63,489 bases of DNA, filler included, from Octopus bimaculoides (GCF_001194135.2; 4 parts of 4 records of this genome joined end to end with filler, not necessarily neighbours in it); one strand, 5' to 3'. Counted from the first letter of the whole stretch, positions 31,502 to 47,350 are shown. The notes: generated by a model not told the origin, from the letters alone. A program made the numbers and translations.

Positions 31502-31867
31502 TAATTTATTCATGCATACATACACATGCATACACAAACATATGAAGGGTGATCTGAAAACAGATGTACACACTTTAACAAGTTCACAAGGAAATAACTT
31601 ACTTGTCCTGAACCTGACCAGGACAGTTCTGAATTTGAAAATAGGCCTTAGTAAACAAACTCTGTATGGAAATTCAGAAATTGTGTAACTGTTTAGTTCA
31701 CGAACTCAGGTAAAATCGAACGCAGATTTCTGTTGTCACTGAGGAACTTCATTTCCTTCGGCGAAATGCGAGCAGTAAAACTTCACAGCACGATAAAAGC
31801 GTCCAGAACTGCGTTATATATAATATACATACATACAGATATACATATATATACATTGCTATTCACC

Positions 31868-31911
<44 letters not shown>

Positions 31912-33841
31912 NNNNNNNNNNNNNNNNNNNNNNNNNNNNNNNNNNNNNNNNNNNNNNNNNNNNNNNNNNNNNNNNNNNNNNNNNNNNNNNNNNNNNNNNN
32001 NNNNNNNNNNNNNNNNNNNNNNNAATATAATTTCCATTGTGTACACACACACACACACGCACACAAACAAACAAACACACTCACACTTATATATATATTA
32101 TGTAGGTTTTTTTGTGTTGTACTTTGAAATTATTGTTGGTCATGCTTATGTTTGCCACTGTCTTCTTTATATTCGCTTCTTATCTTTCATTCCATTACTT
32201 TTTTTTCTCTCACTCTCTTTCCTTTCTTTCGCTACTTGAAATCTCATTTTAAGAAGAATCACAGAACTTCCAAGGCTTCTTACAATATGGTAATTCTATT
32301 TTGCTCTATTCAAACAAAAAGACATTTCTTTCTTTTTTTTTTTTTTCTACCAAATTGAAAATGCAACATTGTAGTTCCGACTGTTATGTTTACATTGTTG
32401 TATATCATATATATTTTGGAGTAGAAATACCATTATTGTTTTTCATATTATTCTTATCAACATTTCTTTCTTTGGAAATTTCCATTAGTTACTCCTTTCC
32501 TACCATGCTCTGTTTCATCCTGTCTCCGCCTATGCGTTTTTGTCCCTCTGCCTACTTCTCTCTCTATTTCTCTCTCTCTCCTTGTCTCTCACTACATAGG
32601 TGTGTGCATATATGTGTATGTGTGTGCGTAAATATAAATATATACATAGATATATACGCATATATATATATATATGTNNNNNNNNNNNNNNNNNNNNNNN
32701 NNNNNNNNNNNNNNNNNNNNNNNNNNNNNNNNNNNNNNNNNNNNNNNNNNNNNNNNNNNNNNNNNNNNNNNNNNNNNNNNNNNNNNNNNNNNNNNNNNNN
32801 NNNNNNNNNNNNNNNNNNNNNNNNNNNNNNNNNNNNNNNNNNNNNNNNNNNNNNNNNNNNNNNNNNNNNNNNNNNNNNNNNNNNNNNNNNNNNNNNNNNN
32901 NNNNNNNNNNNNNNNNNNNNNNNNNNNNNNNNNNNNNNNNNNNNNNNNNNNNNNNNNNNNNNNNNNNNNNNNNNNNNNNNNNNNNNNNNNNNNNNNNNNN
33001 NNNNNNNNNNNNNNNNNNNNNNNNNNNNNNNNNNNNNNNNNNNNNNNNNNNNNNNNNNNNNNNNNNNNNNNNNNNNNNNNNNNNNNNNNNNNNNNNNNNN
33101 NNNNNNNNNNNNNNNNNNNNNNNNNNNNNNNNNNNNNNNNNNNNNNNNNNNNNNNNNNNNNNNNNNNNNNNNNNNNNNNNNNNNNNNNNNNNNNNNNNNN
33201 NNNNNNNNNNNNNNNNNNNNNNNNNNNNNNNNNNNNNNNNNNNNNNNNNNNNNNNNNNNNNNNNNNNNNNNNNNNNNNNNNNNNNNNNNNNNNNNNNNNN
33301 NNNNNNNNNNNNNNNNNNNNNNNNNNNNNNNNNNNNNNNNNNNNNNNNNNNNNNNNNNNNNNNNNNNNNNNNNNNNNNNNNNNNNNNNNNNNNNNNNNNN
33401 NNNNNNNNNNNNNNNNNNNNNNNNNNNNNNNNNNNNNNNNNNNNNNNNNNNNNNNNNNNNNNNNNNNNNNNNNNNNNNNNNNNNNNNNNNNNNNNNNNNN
33501 NNNNNNNNNNNNNNNNNNNNNNNNNNNNNNNNNNNNNNNNNNNNNNNNNNNNNNNNNNNNNNNNNNNNNNNNNNNNNNNNNNNNNNNNNNNNNNNNNNNN
33601 NNNNATATATATATATATATATATATAAATGGGTATGGATTTATATAGTTAACTATTTCTGAGTAAATACAGCTGATGATCATCCGCTTATTATATCGCC
33701 AGCGGGGATTTAGTATGATGCCAGTGAAAGTTGATGGGGGATATCTCGAGGACATGAGTTCTCTTCTGCATTGAAAGAATTTTTCTTCAGAAAAATTATT
33801 ATATTTTCCAGAGGAAAATATATATGTGCATATATATGTGC

Positions 33842-33928
<87 letters not shown>

Positions 33929-34331
33929 CATATATATATTCTAATATAGATATGTGCATATATGTGCTTGTCTATGTATACTTAACTGCGTGTGCATGCA
34001 TAAATGTTAGCGCTTTTCACCCTTTTAACGCACATAATTAAATGCCAAGCCAAAACCACGCGCGCATGATCGCATTTTGTTACCGTGTTTCGCTTGTAGG
34101 AATGAAACTTCATTGTTTCTAGATGACTTCCCATTCTTGCAGCATGCCTCCGTCCTTGTATACTTTCTTTCTTTGTATTCATTTTTTTCTCTCTTTTACA
34201 ATTTGATGAAAAACTCAACCTCCAAACGTCAAAGGACTGTCAACTTTCCTTGTCATTCAATGAAACACAAACTAGTAATTTTAGACATATTTTTTAAAAT
34301 TTTCCCCACGTTCTTACCTTCGTAAATGTAG

Positions 34332-34403
<72 letters not shown>

Positions 34404-35445
34404 TGTATATATGTATGAGTGTGCATGTGCGTGTGTATCATGTTCGTATATAAATGCATATGTGCATAGGTAGATAGATGTATTGATGTATCAGTAGACA
34501 GATGTATTTATATTCAAACATCTCTACATATACATACGTGTGTGCCTATGTGTGTGTGTGTGTGTGCATATTAATGATACGATTGTTCTGTGATAATAAT
34601 TGTATGCTTATTCCAGAGAAACCAACATAACACTATGAAGAGAGACAAATATCTTATATATAGTCACGGGATATAACTCGAGGTGCAAGCGAACTTTGAG
34701 CCTATCTATCAGTGGTTACACTTAAAAATCTATAAGACATTTTGGTCGACAGTTGAAATGTAGTTAATAGTATTTTCGTTGTGAGAGATGAAAACGTGTT
34801 TTATATGCTGTAGAAAAGGAATAAAGAATTCTATAAATAGTAGTTAATTTACAGTTAATAAAACAGGATCCTGTGGCCGATTGCGCCATATGAATATAAT
34901 GCTCATAAATGAAACATAATTGACATTTACTTTGAAATCTAAGTAGAAAGGGGGAAATGGGGATAGCTATTGTGGGATTTGTGTATGAAAATATTTGTTA
35001 ATGTATTCTAGTTTTTGCTTTGCTGTGGTGGTTTATGAGGAGTTTATAACGTGCGAAAACAGACTTAGCTTTGCAGTTTAATAACGTAATATTATAGTTA
35101 TAGGCAGTTACTATTTATAACTTTAAAATAAAGGTTTGTAGAACACAAGAAGAAGAAATCAAATGCATCGAAGAAGAAAGCCTTAAGACCAAAATGCATC
35201 AATACGATTTGTCAATAGATAGGAAGCTAGATAAATAGAAAATAATAATGACATAAAGAATGACTTAATATTCCACTTCTTAAATAATTCATATATATAT
35301 ATATTCCTCTTAAATCGATAGGCATAGCTTTTTAGGACCATATTTGTGGTTCTAAAAATTCAACATATGCTGCACGGATGTGAACTAATATAAGTGTTCA
35401 CATGCGCTACATGTATATGTGTGGGCGCGTATGTGCTTGTGTGTG

Positions 35446-35529
<84 letters not shown>

Positions 35530-35934
35530 TATATACATACATATATATAAAATACATATAGATTTTTATGTATTTATGAAGTTATATTAATATGCATATA
35601 TTTATATAAATATATATATGAACAAGATGTGGGCACGTAACCGCTCTCAAGTTGACTCGATAAACACTTTTTAGATTTATAAAATGTTCTGCTTCTTTTG
35701 ACATATTGTTAAACCTCCAAATTCTTCACCCTGTTGAGCACAGTGATGTATGTTTCCTCATATGACTTTAACCATAGAACTTGTGAGGGGATCATCTAGA
35801 TGGGAAGTAAAAATAAGCATGAGAAATTAAAATGTATATCTTATAACTGAAGGAGGAATTAGAAACTATGATGAAGAAAGTGACCTTTTGTATAAAGGAG
35901 GAGAAGGAATGTGGTGTGCCAGTAGAATTGTTAC

Positions 35935-36110
35935 CGAGCCGGACAAAATGCTTAGCAGCAATTTTGTTCGTCCTTATGTTCTGAGTTCAAATTCCACTGA
36001 AATCGACATTTCCTTTCATACTTTTTGGGTCGATAAATTTGCAACCAGTTGAGCACTGGCGTCGATGTGATTGATTACCTCTCCCGGACATATCCAACCT
36101 TGTGCCAAAG
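35935..36110 (+). mobile_element. SINE family D, diverged
   Basis: GGACAAAATGCTTAGC...GTTCTGAGTTCAAATTCC...CCAGTTGAGCACTGG. Confidence 0.65.
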
Positions 36111-36914
36111 TCTCATTCCAAAGAAAGGAGAAGGAATACAAGGTAGTAGAAAAAACACAAGGTGAAGCGCAACGCCTTTCAAAAGGATAATCGATTAGCA
36201 GAATCGTGATTGAGTCGGACAAAGTGCCTCGTGGTATTTCATTTTAAACTTCATATTCTCAGAATGAGTAAAATAAAATTCCTGCCAGGCACTTAGTTGA
36301 ATTGAATCTCCATCAACGCTTCTGGTCTTTTGCCTGTGTACGACAGAATTCCTTGTCTTCAGATGTTAAAAACAACTGAGACCGCTGCTCCCATGGAGAC
36401 CACTATAGTCATGAGGATGAAGAGGTTTTAACCCTCATCCTGCCTTAAAACTGCAGTATAACTGAGATGAATACTGTAAAATTTTTAGACCTCTTCTGTA
36501 AATTATTGCACGATGCCAACGATTCTATAATAAAACTGATTATGAATAACGTTTTATTTATTAACAAATTAGAATCATTAATATCAAATTTTATTTCTGG
36601 ATTTTCTCAAAGATTTATTCGTTTAAATATTTGTTTTGCAAGAATTTTCATGTGAAATCGTTTATGCTGAAACCAATATTATGCTGTTAATCATAATTAA
36701 TAAAAGTCATAAACACATCACTGATTATTGTTTTGGGATATAGTCTCATTTTACCCCACAGTACCCAACATTTTTTCACGACACCTTTAGCACACATGTG
36801 TCTTTGAGGAACATTCGGATACGAAATATTACAAATACTGCGATTTCACGCGGGTATAAACCTCATAAATATCATATCCAACAGTATTTTAATCCAATAC
36901 CGATTCATGTGCTT

Positions 36915-37003
36915 ATATTAATTTAATTATATTAATTTAATTAATTTAATTAATTTAATTAATTTAATTAATTTAATTAATTTAATTATATTAATTTAAT
37001 TAT
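36915..37003. repeat. AT-only 9-bp tandem repeat (TTAATTTAA)n
   Basis: Directly visible. Confidence 0.8.
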
Positions 37004-37726
37004 TCCCTGCCAAGCTGAAGCATTTGCATAAATCGTTTTATGTTTTATCTTAAACTTTGTTCGGTTTTCGAAATGCTACCACGTTTGGACTCTACCTTAG
37101 AGGGTTTAGTCGAAAATACCTTAGTATTGGGATGGATTAGTTTGGCTAATATTCTTTAAGGTGATAGCCCATCATTCCAATGAAAAAAAAACAAGTAAAA
37201 AGAAAAACGATAGACAAGATTCGGTGAGTATTTTCATAGGTTTTAATAAAACTCTTTCAACATTTGGCACAATCCCAATACTTAGCTCTTCGGTATCATT
37301 CGTCTTTTCTTTTAACCGATACTTTATAAGTTTTCACTGAAAAGGGGGAGAATAGTGAAGATTTTTATCGCCTCTCTGGCAGAAAGAAAAATGTTAGATT
37401 TAAAATATCAACTGCAAAAATAGCTTAGCTATTATTAATCTGGGAATTTTGATATTCAATTAAATCACAATCAGATGTCGGATTGAATAAGAGAGTGAAT
37501 GAATAAAATGTGGAGAAGAATCGTTAATGTTGGAATCTAAACCAGAAATAACTACATCAATCTACTTGAATATTCTTATCAAATCAAATAAAAGTTATCA
37601 TTCTTTTCCTCCGCCTATTAACGAATAATAAATAGCAGCAGGGGCTTATATTACTCATTGTCGCTGATTCTATATAACGCCTTTTCATTCTTCGACACTT
37701 TCTCTCTCTCTCTCTTTCTCTATCTT

Positions 37727-37759
<33 letters not shown>

Positions 37760-39322
37760 TACACTATCTATGATATGAAAATGTGTGCGTGTGCGCATGC
37801 GCGCACTTGAGAGAGAGAGAGTGTGTGTGTGTGTGAATCGTACGTATACATGTATGAAAATATAGATTTCTGTATATAGTAAATATAGTAAACGAGGTGA
37901 TGTGCCTACATATACAAAGATAATAATAATAATAATATATATATATATATATATATATATCTTTTCTTTTATTCTTTTACTTGTTCCTGTCACTTGAGTG
38001 CGGCAATGCTGGAGCACTGCCTTTAGTCGAACACATCGATCCCAGGAATATATATATATATATATATATATAAGAAATGATATGTGAGCATATGCATATA
38101 TACATACATATATGTACATACCTACATCTACATGTATATATAGATGCACATCCGGGTACAGGACCTCAAAACAACGTGGACAAAAAAGGAACGGGAACAC
38201 AAAGCACAAAAATCGAACTTTTTTTTACGGACAACAGAATGAAAACATAGGAAAACAGACAAGCCACATATGGAACTTTTCCTTCATCAGCTGCCTCTAT
38301 TCTAAACTAGGCGTTTCGAAGATAAGGCAGAACGCTCTCTTAGAATAGCTCTTCCGGCAAATCAAATTAAATACAACCTGCTATGCGGAGGATTCCAAAG
38401 TGGTAAACAGAAACCAAGACAGGGAAAACTAAACAATGAAACAACGTTGACATACACAAGCACACACAGAAGGTGCGTCTCGGTCGTAAGATGTGCCATT
38501 GAATCATCAAGTTTGTCAGAGTCCATTTCTGTGTAATGGTAGTTAAGAAAAGCGTGGTACATTTCCTAATTACGGGCTCATACTCATTCGTGCAGGGCAC
38601 CTAGCTCTTTAGATTCGTGGCAGATTGCTCACAGAATTATAGGTGAATGCTTCATTTATTCACCTAACAAATAAATAACCATACTGGACGTTATAATCTG
38701 GAATTGGTTGCCTAAGAGACACAGAAAGACGAAACAGTCATCATTAGACATGAACACGTTATTCATTGCATTGCGAATGAAACACTGCTGTTTCCCCAGC
38801 AGTTATATATACTTCCATAACAAGGCTACTTTGGTAATATTTAATATTAAGCTTTAGGCAAGTCCAAGTAGAAGAGAATGGATTCTGTTTGAATGAAATA
38901 TTCCTTTTATAAATTGCGCTGTCAACTGATTCTATGTAAAATTAACAAAGAGGACACATGTAACAATTATTTTAGCAAAAGTGCTTGACAAATTTCTCTA
39001 CATTATCCGTTTGCAATGTATTCCGTTGTGATTAATGGCTTACGAAGTTGCTTATATATTGCAGTAAAAGTGACACGTTACGCGATCTATGGCTTTTGAA
39101 AGACACAGGTTGATACTTACGCACACAGAATGAATGCGTAACATATGTGTATATATATATTCATTTGAATACACATGCATAGATACACTTAAGCAAACGG
39201 GGAGATAATTAGGAGACACATGGATGAATAGATAGATACACAGAAAGAGAGAGAGAATAAATTAAAGATAGATAGATGGGTGGATGGATTGATGGTTGGA
39301 TGGATGGTTGGATGGTTGGATG

Positions 39323-39391
<69 letters not shown>

Positions 39392-39794
39392 GTAGGTAGA
39401 TTGATAGATAAATAGATAAGTAGAGAGAGAGATTGATAGGTAGGAAGGTAGGTAGGTAGGTAGGTAGGTAGGTACATAGATAAGTAGGTAGAAAGATAGG
39501 CAGTGTACATGTATATTTTTGTATATATGTCTACATGTGTCTGTGAGTGGGTAGTTATGACATAAGAATGTGTATGTATGTCTGTATGTGTGTGTGTGTG
39601 TATCACTGTGGTCGTGTGTCTATACATGTTTGCTATCAAAATATTTCCAAAGTCAAATGACTAGTGCGTTCTCATTAATTAAAGTCTCCCTTCATATTTT
39701 CCATTCCACGGAGGGACCCGGACGAACAGGGAATGGATCCATAAGAATATTCACAACTGGTATTGCACACACGCATACATAGATGCATACATGC

Positions 39795-39834
<40 letters not shown>

Positions 39835-40584
39835 GTACACAAACATATATTTATTGTATAAATATATAAAAGAATATATATTATACATACATAGCCATAT
39901 AAATATGTATATCGTTACAACGACACATATATAAATATATTCATATATATATACTCATATATAAACATATATATACGTGTGTATATATAAATGTGTGCGT
40001 GTGTGCGTGCGTGTGTGCGTGTCTGAGTGAGTCTGTGTATACATGCACATACATATATATATGCATGTGAGTGCGTGTGTTTTGCAAACAAAATAGAGAG
40101 CGAAGATGAGTTATGGGGTGTAGAGTTAGAACAGATATTTAGAGGGGAATGTCCGGCGATAAATCCACATTTAGATTTGAAGATGGAGGGCTGCCAATCG
40201 GGTGAAATGATAAAGAAACATTGTCGTTCTTTCATTACGGTTTTCATTTTCTGCTGCTATTTCTCTAATATATCACAGCTTGATTACATGATTTATCAAG
40301 ATGTCACTGTTATGTTAATAACAAATAAGATTTCGTGGTAGTGAGAGGAAATGATCACACGCTACACACGTTCACACACGCACACACAGGCGCGAATACA
40401 TATATACATAGATAATGCTTACATGAATATATATAATAAGTATATGAATACATATCTTCGAGTACATGCTTGTATATTTGTACATACACACGTCACGTGA
40501 TCATGTAATCACATGACCGACCAAGCTATCAAATATTGTAACACATCGCTGGTCACAATGTGCCTTTGCATCGTTTTAGCCTAG

Positions 40585-40860
40585 TACTCATCCTATCGGT
40601 CTCTTACCCGAACTGTTAAGTTACGGGAACGTAAACACATTAACATCGGTTGTCAAGCGATGGTGAGGAACAAACAGACATACACACGCACACACACAAA
40701 TATGTATGTATGTATGTATGTATGTATATACGACGGACTTCTTTTAGTTTGGTCGGCCCGTGGCTATAGTAGAAGACACCTGCACAAGGTGCCACGCAGT
40801 GGGACTGAACATGGAAGAATGTGGTTGTTAATCAAGCTACTTACCACATAGCCACGCCTG
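40585..40860 (-). mobile_element. SINE family A, diverged
   Basis: GGCTATAGTAGAAGACACCTGCACAAGGTGCCACGCAGTGGGACTGAAC, reverse of the family A head. Confidence 0.7.
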
Positions 40861-41238
40861 CGTCTATATAGATACCCATATATGCATATATTTATATAAA
40901 TGCCTAATATTTGTGTGTGTATATGGAAATAATATTAAACAAAAATACTTATTTAGAAAACAAGTTATATATGCTATACATTTCTTCTATTATTATCTGT
41001 ATATTCATTTATTATGCATGAGCAACTTGTTTCGCCGTAACATAGCTCATCAGGTAAGAATTATTATTCAAACTTCTATTTAGATATGGCTATTCAACAA
41101 AATATTTTCGAATTTATTTTTGGTTTTCGAATGCTGAAGTATACGTTCTCGATCACGATTAGTTTTGCTGGGTTGTGTGCATATGTCTGTTTGAAAGTTT
41201 CGATGCGTGCATATGTCCCTTTGAAGATTTCCGTATGA

Positions 41239-41287
<49 letters not shown>

Positions 41288-41911
41288 GCGTTTGTTGCCG
41301 CATGTCCGTACCTATGAATATCATTCTGTCTGTACGTGTGGTGGTCGTGTTTATTAATCTGTCACCTGTGTGTTTCATGGAAATCTTACTTGTAGATATA
41401 TATGCATATTTTAGTAACCGAATTTAATTGAAGGTGCTGCCATGTGTATATATGTCCGTTGGTAATATTGTATTTCTGCGTACCTGTTGAGATACAGAGT
41501 TCTATGTGCTGATGACTACAACGGCTCACTGGTGAGTGCAATTTGAATTCATTACAGGAGGATGGAATAAAACATTTTTTTTCTTTTTTTGCCTCATCAA
41601 ACGAAATATTTTGGAGGCGAGAGGAAATTATGCTTTATCGAATTACATTTTCTTCATTCATTTGGGAAAGGCGCAGAAGAATTTCTGTCCATGGGAGGTC
41701 ACGCGAACGTTAAAACTAATTAGAAACGAAAGACTGTTTGAAGAGAAATGAATTGGAAATGTCCGTTCTATTGGGATTTCATGTTACTTCTATCGGGATG
41801 TCTTTATGTTTTTTAAGTAATGTCAGTAAGAGGAGAACAGCTCTCTGTTCGATGTACTAGTATGTATTGTTATATAGATAGACAGATGGAGAGATAGATG
41901 AACATAGATAG

Positions 41912-41948
<37 letters not shown>

Positions 41949-42061
41949 CACGTACGCACATAGATATATATGTATATATATGCATATACCACTCTCTATA
42001 TATGTAGTCATATGTATATATGCGCGCATATAAATGCATACATATGTTCATATATGTCTTC

Positions 42062-42100
<39 letters not shown>

Positions 42101-42116
42101 TCACTCTCGCTATGCA

Positions 42117-42169
<53 letters not shown>

Positions 42170-42601
42170 TATATATACATAGTTAGGCGTGCATGTGTCT
42201 AGTAATCGTGACTGTACACATGTATTTTACGTGTATGCGGATAAATCTTCATCTGAACGTCTATATGTTTGAATGTAGACGCAATGGGTCAAAACGTCTC
42301 TGATGTTTGTTTCACAATTTCCTAATCCTGAGTATAGACATATTGCTGTAGTTTCAGCTCAGAGCTGCGGCCATGCTGCCAACCGCTATATATAACGCCA
42401 ACCACTGCCCTTTGTTATGTAGTTGGTGTTAAGAATGGCATCCAAACCTACAACCAATTGCAAAACAGGACAACAAAGATTGGCTCAGTTCTCTGGATTA
42501 CCAGCAGTTCTGTAAGCGTCTAACTCATGCCAGCATAGAAAACGGCCGTTAAATGGTAATGCTAACATGCATAGATATAACTGTTTGAGAATACAATTGG
42601 T

Positions 42602-42640
<39 letters not shown>

Positions 42641-43472
42641 NNNNNNNNNNNNNNNNNNNNNNNNNNNNNNNNNNNNNNNNNNNNNNNNNNNNNNNNNNNN
42701 NNNNNNNNNNNNNNNNNNNNNNNNNNNNNNNNNNNNNNNNNNNNNNNNNNNNNNNNNNNNNNNNNNNNNNNNNNNNNNNNNNNNNNNNNNNNNNNNNNNN
42801 NNNNNNNNNNNNNNNNNNNNNNNNNNNNNNNNNNNNNNNNNNNNNNNNNNNNNNNNNNNNNNNNNNNNNNNNNNNNNNNNNNNNNNNNNNNNNNNNNNNN
42901 NNNNNNNNNNNNNNNNNNNNNNNNNNNNNNNNNNNNNNNNNNNNNNNNNNNNNNNNNNNNNNNNNNNNNNNNNNNNNNNNNNNNNNNNNNNNNNNNNNNN
43001 NNNNNNNNNNNNNNNNNNNNNNNNNNNNNNNNNNNNNNNNNNNNNNNNNNNNNNNNNNNNNNNNNNNNNNNNNNNNNNNNNNNNNNNNNNNNNNNNNNNN
43101 NNNNNNNNNNNNNNNNNNNNNNNNNNNNNNNNNNNNNNNNNNNNNNNNNNNNNNNNNNNNNNNNNNNNNNNNNNNNNNNNNNNNNNNNNNNNNNNNNNNN
43201 NNNNNNNNNNNNNNNNNNNNNNNNNNNNNNNNNNNNNNNNNNNNNNNNNNNNNNNNNNNNNNNNNNNNNNNNNNNNNNNNNNNNNNNNNNNNNNNNNNNN
43301 NNNNNNNNNNNNNNNNNNNNNNNNNNNNNNNNNNNNNNNNNNNNNNNNNNNNNNNNNNNNNNNNNNNNNNNNNNNNTATATATATATATATATACATATA
43401 TATACTCAAACACATACATATAGTGATACATATATGTATGTGCGTATATGCAATATGCATTATATATGTGTA

Positions 43473-43509
<37 letters not shown>

Positions 43510-46500
43510 ATTTTATATATATATTCTCTATCGATTTTATTTACTGTACATAAGACAAACGTCATATTAACCCTAATCCTAGACATGTATTATAAAAAAA
43601 GGACAGAATTACTTGTAATCAAAATCTATGAAGAACCTCGTCGTTTTTTCTTGATTATTTAATGTACTTCGTATGTCTGCAGCTGTTGCATAACAGAAAA
43701 ATATTAACCGATCCCTGTAAAATGCGAATTTTATTGTGTAACAACGGACCACTCCTTAATGTTCTTCCACTGTGAAGCATCTAATATCAGTTATTCAAAG
43801 ACTTAACAATAATTTACGAGCTTCCTTACTGGAATCTATTCTACAACAGGTATCAAATTTCATATAACACGATATTTACGTTAAAGTATTAAAATTTACG
43901 CCTATTTGTTGTAGCAAATACGAATAGGTACTCGAAGGATTACAACTCTGGGTTGAAACCTTTCCTCATGGCATTTCTGAATGCAAAGAATAAAGTGTTC
44001 CTTGCTGAATAGAAAAATCTTATCTTGTCAAAAGTTCTGTTCGTCTGGTATAGTAATATTTACATCCATTGGAACGAAATTTGTTCCAGCTTAAATACGA
44101 GGTCCTACTATGAGACGAATATCTGTGAGTGAGCATTTGGGTTTATGCGCAACTAAATTTCCCAAAACACCAAATCTGTCGATTATAACTTATTTCTGAC
44201 ATTATCCGGTGGACAAACACGATCGACGGGTGAAAACATTCGCTCAAAATACAAATCACATCTCAGCAAGCTACGAACACGCATAACAGAGTTAAATTCA
44301 TCAATCACTGAAGATATCTGACTGCTGTTCGAATGTAAAATATCAAGTGTCTAGACACATTAATTTAAAATTATGAATACACCAACAACAATACAGCACT
44401 TAGTCGCTTTCTCGACCAGAGAAATTGTGATGCTCTAAAGTACATCCCTCCATCTTGTATTCTTCTTTCTTGGTTTTGCTAAATAAAGTGATTACCATGA
44501 ATAAGGTTAATATTGAGAGTTATATCAACGCGTTAAATAAATCTTTTTTTAAAAATCACCGTCTGCATTTTCAGTTTCATTACTTTAGTTTCCTTACATA
44601 CGTACATGCATATATCCATACAGACAGACAGGTAGCTAGATAGATAGATAAATAGATAGACAGATACATAGATATACTTATACATACACACAAGCACACA
44701 CACATATACTNNNNNNNNNNTATATATATATATATATATATATAGGCATGCATACAAAGTTGCATATGTTCATGCATATATACATGTGCTTATAGATATA
44801 TGTATGTGTCCTGATGTGCGTTTCAGCGCATAAAAATGGTGGGGTACATAATAGAAAACGTTTCTTATAAAATTACCCTTAATAGATAAAACTGGCTGGA
44901 CATTAATCAAGTTATAATTTGTTATGGTTGTAGTTTATGTTTTAAATAAACAAATGATAGATTTTTGTGTATCATCGATTTAAATCTAACAAACTCTGTA
45001 TGCATTACTGAATTTCTGTGAATCATAAATAAAATAAATCACGGATTTCTCTGACTTTAGACCAGAACACACTCTGCAAGGAGTATGGCCTGCCCCTTGT
45101 TTTCTTCAATGTAAGGATTGATATTAATGGTATCTTCTGACTAGTACATTATTTATGTTTAATACAATTCTAATGAAAAAGTTTATAACGGATTTTCGTG
45201 TGCAGATTTTGAGTTTTACTCAATTGCATTATTAAGGTGAAGGGTGTGGTTTTTGTATCGAAACTGTGGCTATTAACGCTACTATACATTGGATTTGATA
45301 GATATTTGATCAAAGATATGGATGGCGCTAGAAATCGGTTGTGGTCAGGCGTCCTCTCTTAAGGACTAAAGATTCCCAACTCATGTCGAGAGACACCAAG
45401 ATGCCCATAGACCCTCAACAAGGATCTGACTATCAAAGTAGATACAAAAGTCATGTTATAGTATGGTAAAGAAAGAAATCAGCCTCAATGAAAGAAAGGA
45501 GAAGGGTGTGTGAGTATATTGGTTCTTAACGATGGGACAGCGTATGAAATTACTTCACAAATATGTGGTGCATGTGACGATGTTTAGACATCGTTTTCTA
45601 AGCTATTTATAGGTGAATTGTATTTAATAACCTACAAGGAATAAAGTGAAACGGTTCTCCTTTAATGATATGCGAATTTGCCATGGGTAAGTGATTGGAT
45701 GATCACATCTTATGGAAAAACTGAGATAAGATTTTCTGTCTGATGAGCAAGTAGAAAAACTCGAAAGAAATTTAATTTCAATTGCNNNNNNNNNNNNNNN
45801 NNNNNNNNNNNNNNNNNNNNNNNNNNNNNNNNNNNNNNNNNNNNNNNNNNNNNNNNNNNNNNNNNNNNNNNNNNNNNNNNNNNNNNNNNNNNNNNNNNNN
45901 NNNNNNNNNNNNNNNNNNNNNNNNNNNNNNNNNNNNNNNNNNNNNNNNNNNNNNNNNNNNNTACTTGTGTGTCTGTGCGTATTATATATAATGAGAAATA
46001 GATGGCTATACGTATGTATGTATGTGTGTATGTATGTATGAATGTATGTATGTATGCATGTGTATGTACGTATGTATATGTATGTGGGAGGGATGACCGT
46101 GCGTGTATGAGTTTGTATGTATAAAAATACATGCACATTTATGTTTCACACATGAGTTAATTTGAGTAGGGAAAATTTGATAACTATTATTTGGAAAAGT
46201 GATGAAAATTATATTATATTTAACGAAATGGAAAGTCTGCGTGTATCTTGCATTTACATACACATATATATATATACATTTCTACATATACGTAAGTATA
46301 TATGTGTGTATACATATGTGTGTACAAATACACGAAACTATATATATATATTGCATCAGTGGCTTGAGATGAATAATGCACGAGCTTGGCATATAATTCT
46401 TCATATATTGCGCTTCAGCGAAAGTCTATTCTCAGAAAAGTCAAACATAGAAATTTTGTAGGTTAGGCTTAAATTTTTTAATACGCACATCCATGCGCAC

Positions 46501-46534
46501 ATTTTCAGTCACACAACTTGTGTGCGAGTGTGTA

Positions 46535-46629
<95 letters not shown>

Positions 46630-46894
46630 TTGTCTGCACATCTGCACAACGTCAGGCAAACGTAAGTTTTGTGTGTATAGGCACACATATATATGAATAT
46701 ATTTATACATATACACATATATTCCTATATATACATACATATATATGTGTATGTATAGATAGATATATACATGTTTAGTCATGTATAAGTATATTCATAT
46801 ATTTGTGTCTATATACAAAGGCGTTTTACATATACGCATCTTGATACAATGAAAGTCTATATATGTATTTACATTTAGCCTACAAACAACCTCA

Positions 46895-46962
46895 ACTCTT
46901 CTTCTTCTTCTTCTTATTATTATTATTGTTATTATTGTTATTATTATTATTATTATTATTAT

Positions 46963-46997
<35 letters not shown>

Positions 46998-47106
46998 ATG
47001 TTGTTGCTGTTGTCGCTTTTGTTGTTGTTATCATTACTAGTACTACTATTATTACGACTACTACTAATAATATTATTATCAGTAATTCTATTATTATTAT
47101 TATTGC

Positions 47107-47176
<70 letters not shown>

Positions 47177-47178
47177 GC

Positions 47179-47249
<71 letters not shown>

Positions 47250-47350
47250 TTATTATTATTATTATTATTATTATCGTCGTCGTCATCATCATCATCACCA
47301 TCCTCATCTTCATCGTCATTATTATTATTATTATTATCAGTAGTATTATT
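46895..47350. repeat. Long compound trinucleotide tract (CTT/ATT/GTA/GTT/CAT)
   Basis: Directly visible; source of the poly-I/poly-L pseudo-ORFs. Confidence 0.9.

Noticed and set aside
38255-38300. - strand CTGATGA-AGGAA/TTCC in a Penelope-like remnant
   Set aside because: The GAAA half of the core is missing, so it is not a ribozyme.
40027-40341. 104-aa + strand ORF
   Set aside because: Starts in a microsatellite; no recognisable homology or convincing splice sites.
41498-41531. + strand micro-exon candidate ending CTG|GTGAGT
   Set aside because: Weak acceptor, no recognisable peptide, no partner exons.
42436-42460. EWHPN-like translation as a candidate UBE2G1 exon 3
   Set aside because: Lies in a decayed family B repeat (GGCATCCA motif) on the wrong strand, with no flanking E2 similarity.
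45733-45785. CTGATGAG...CTCGAAA hammerhead-like spacing
   Set aside because: The required U of the cleavage triplet is absent and stem I does not pair.
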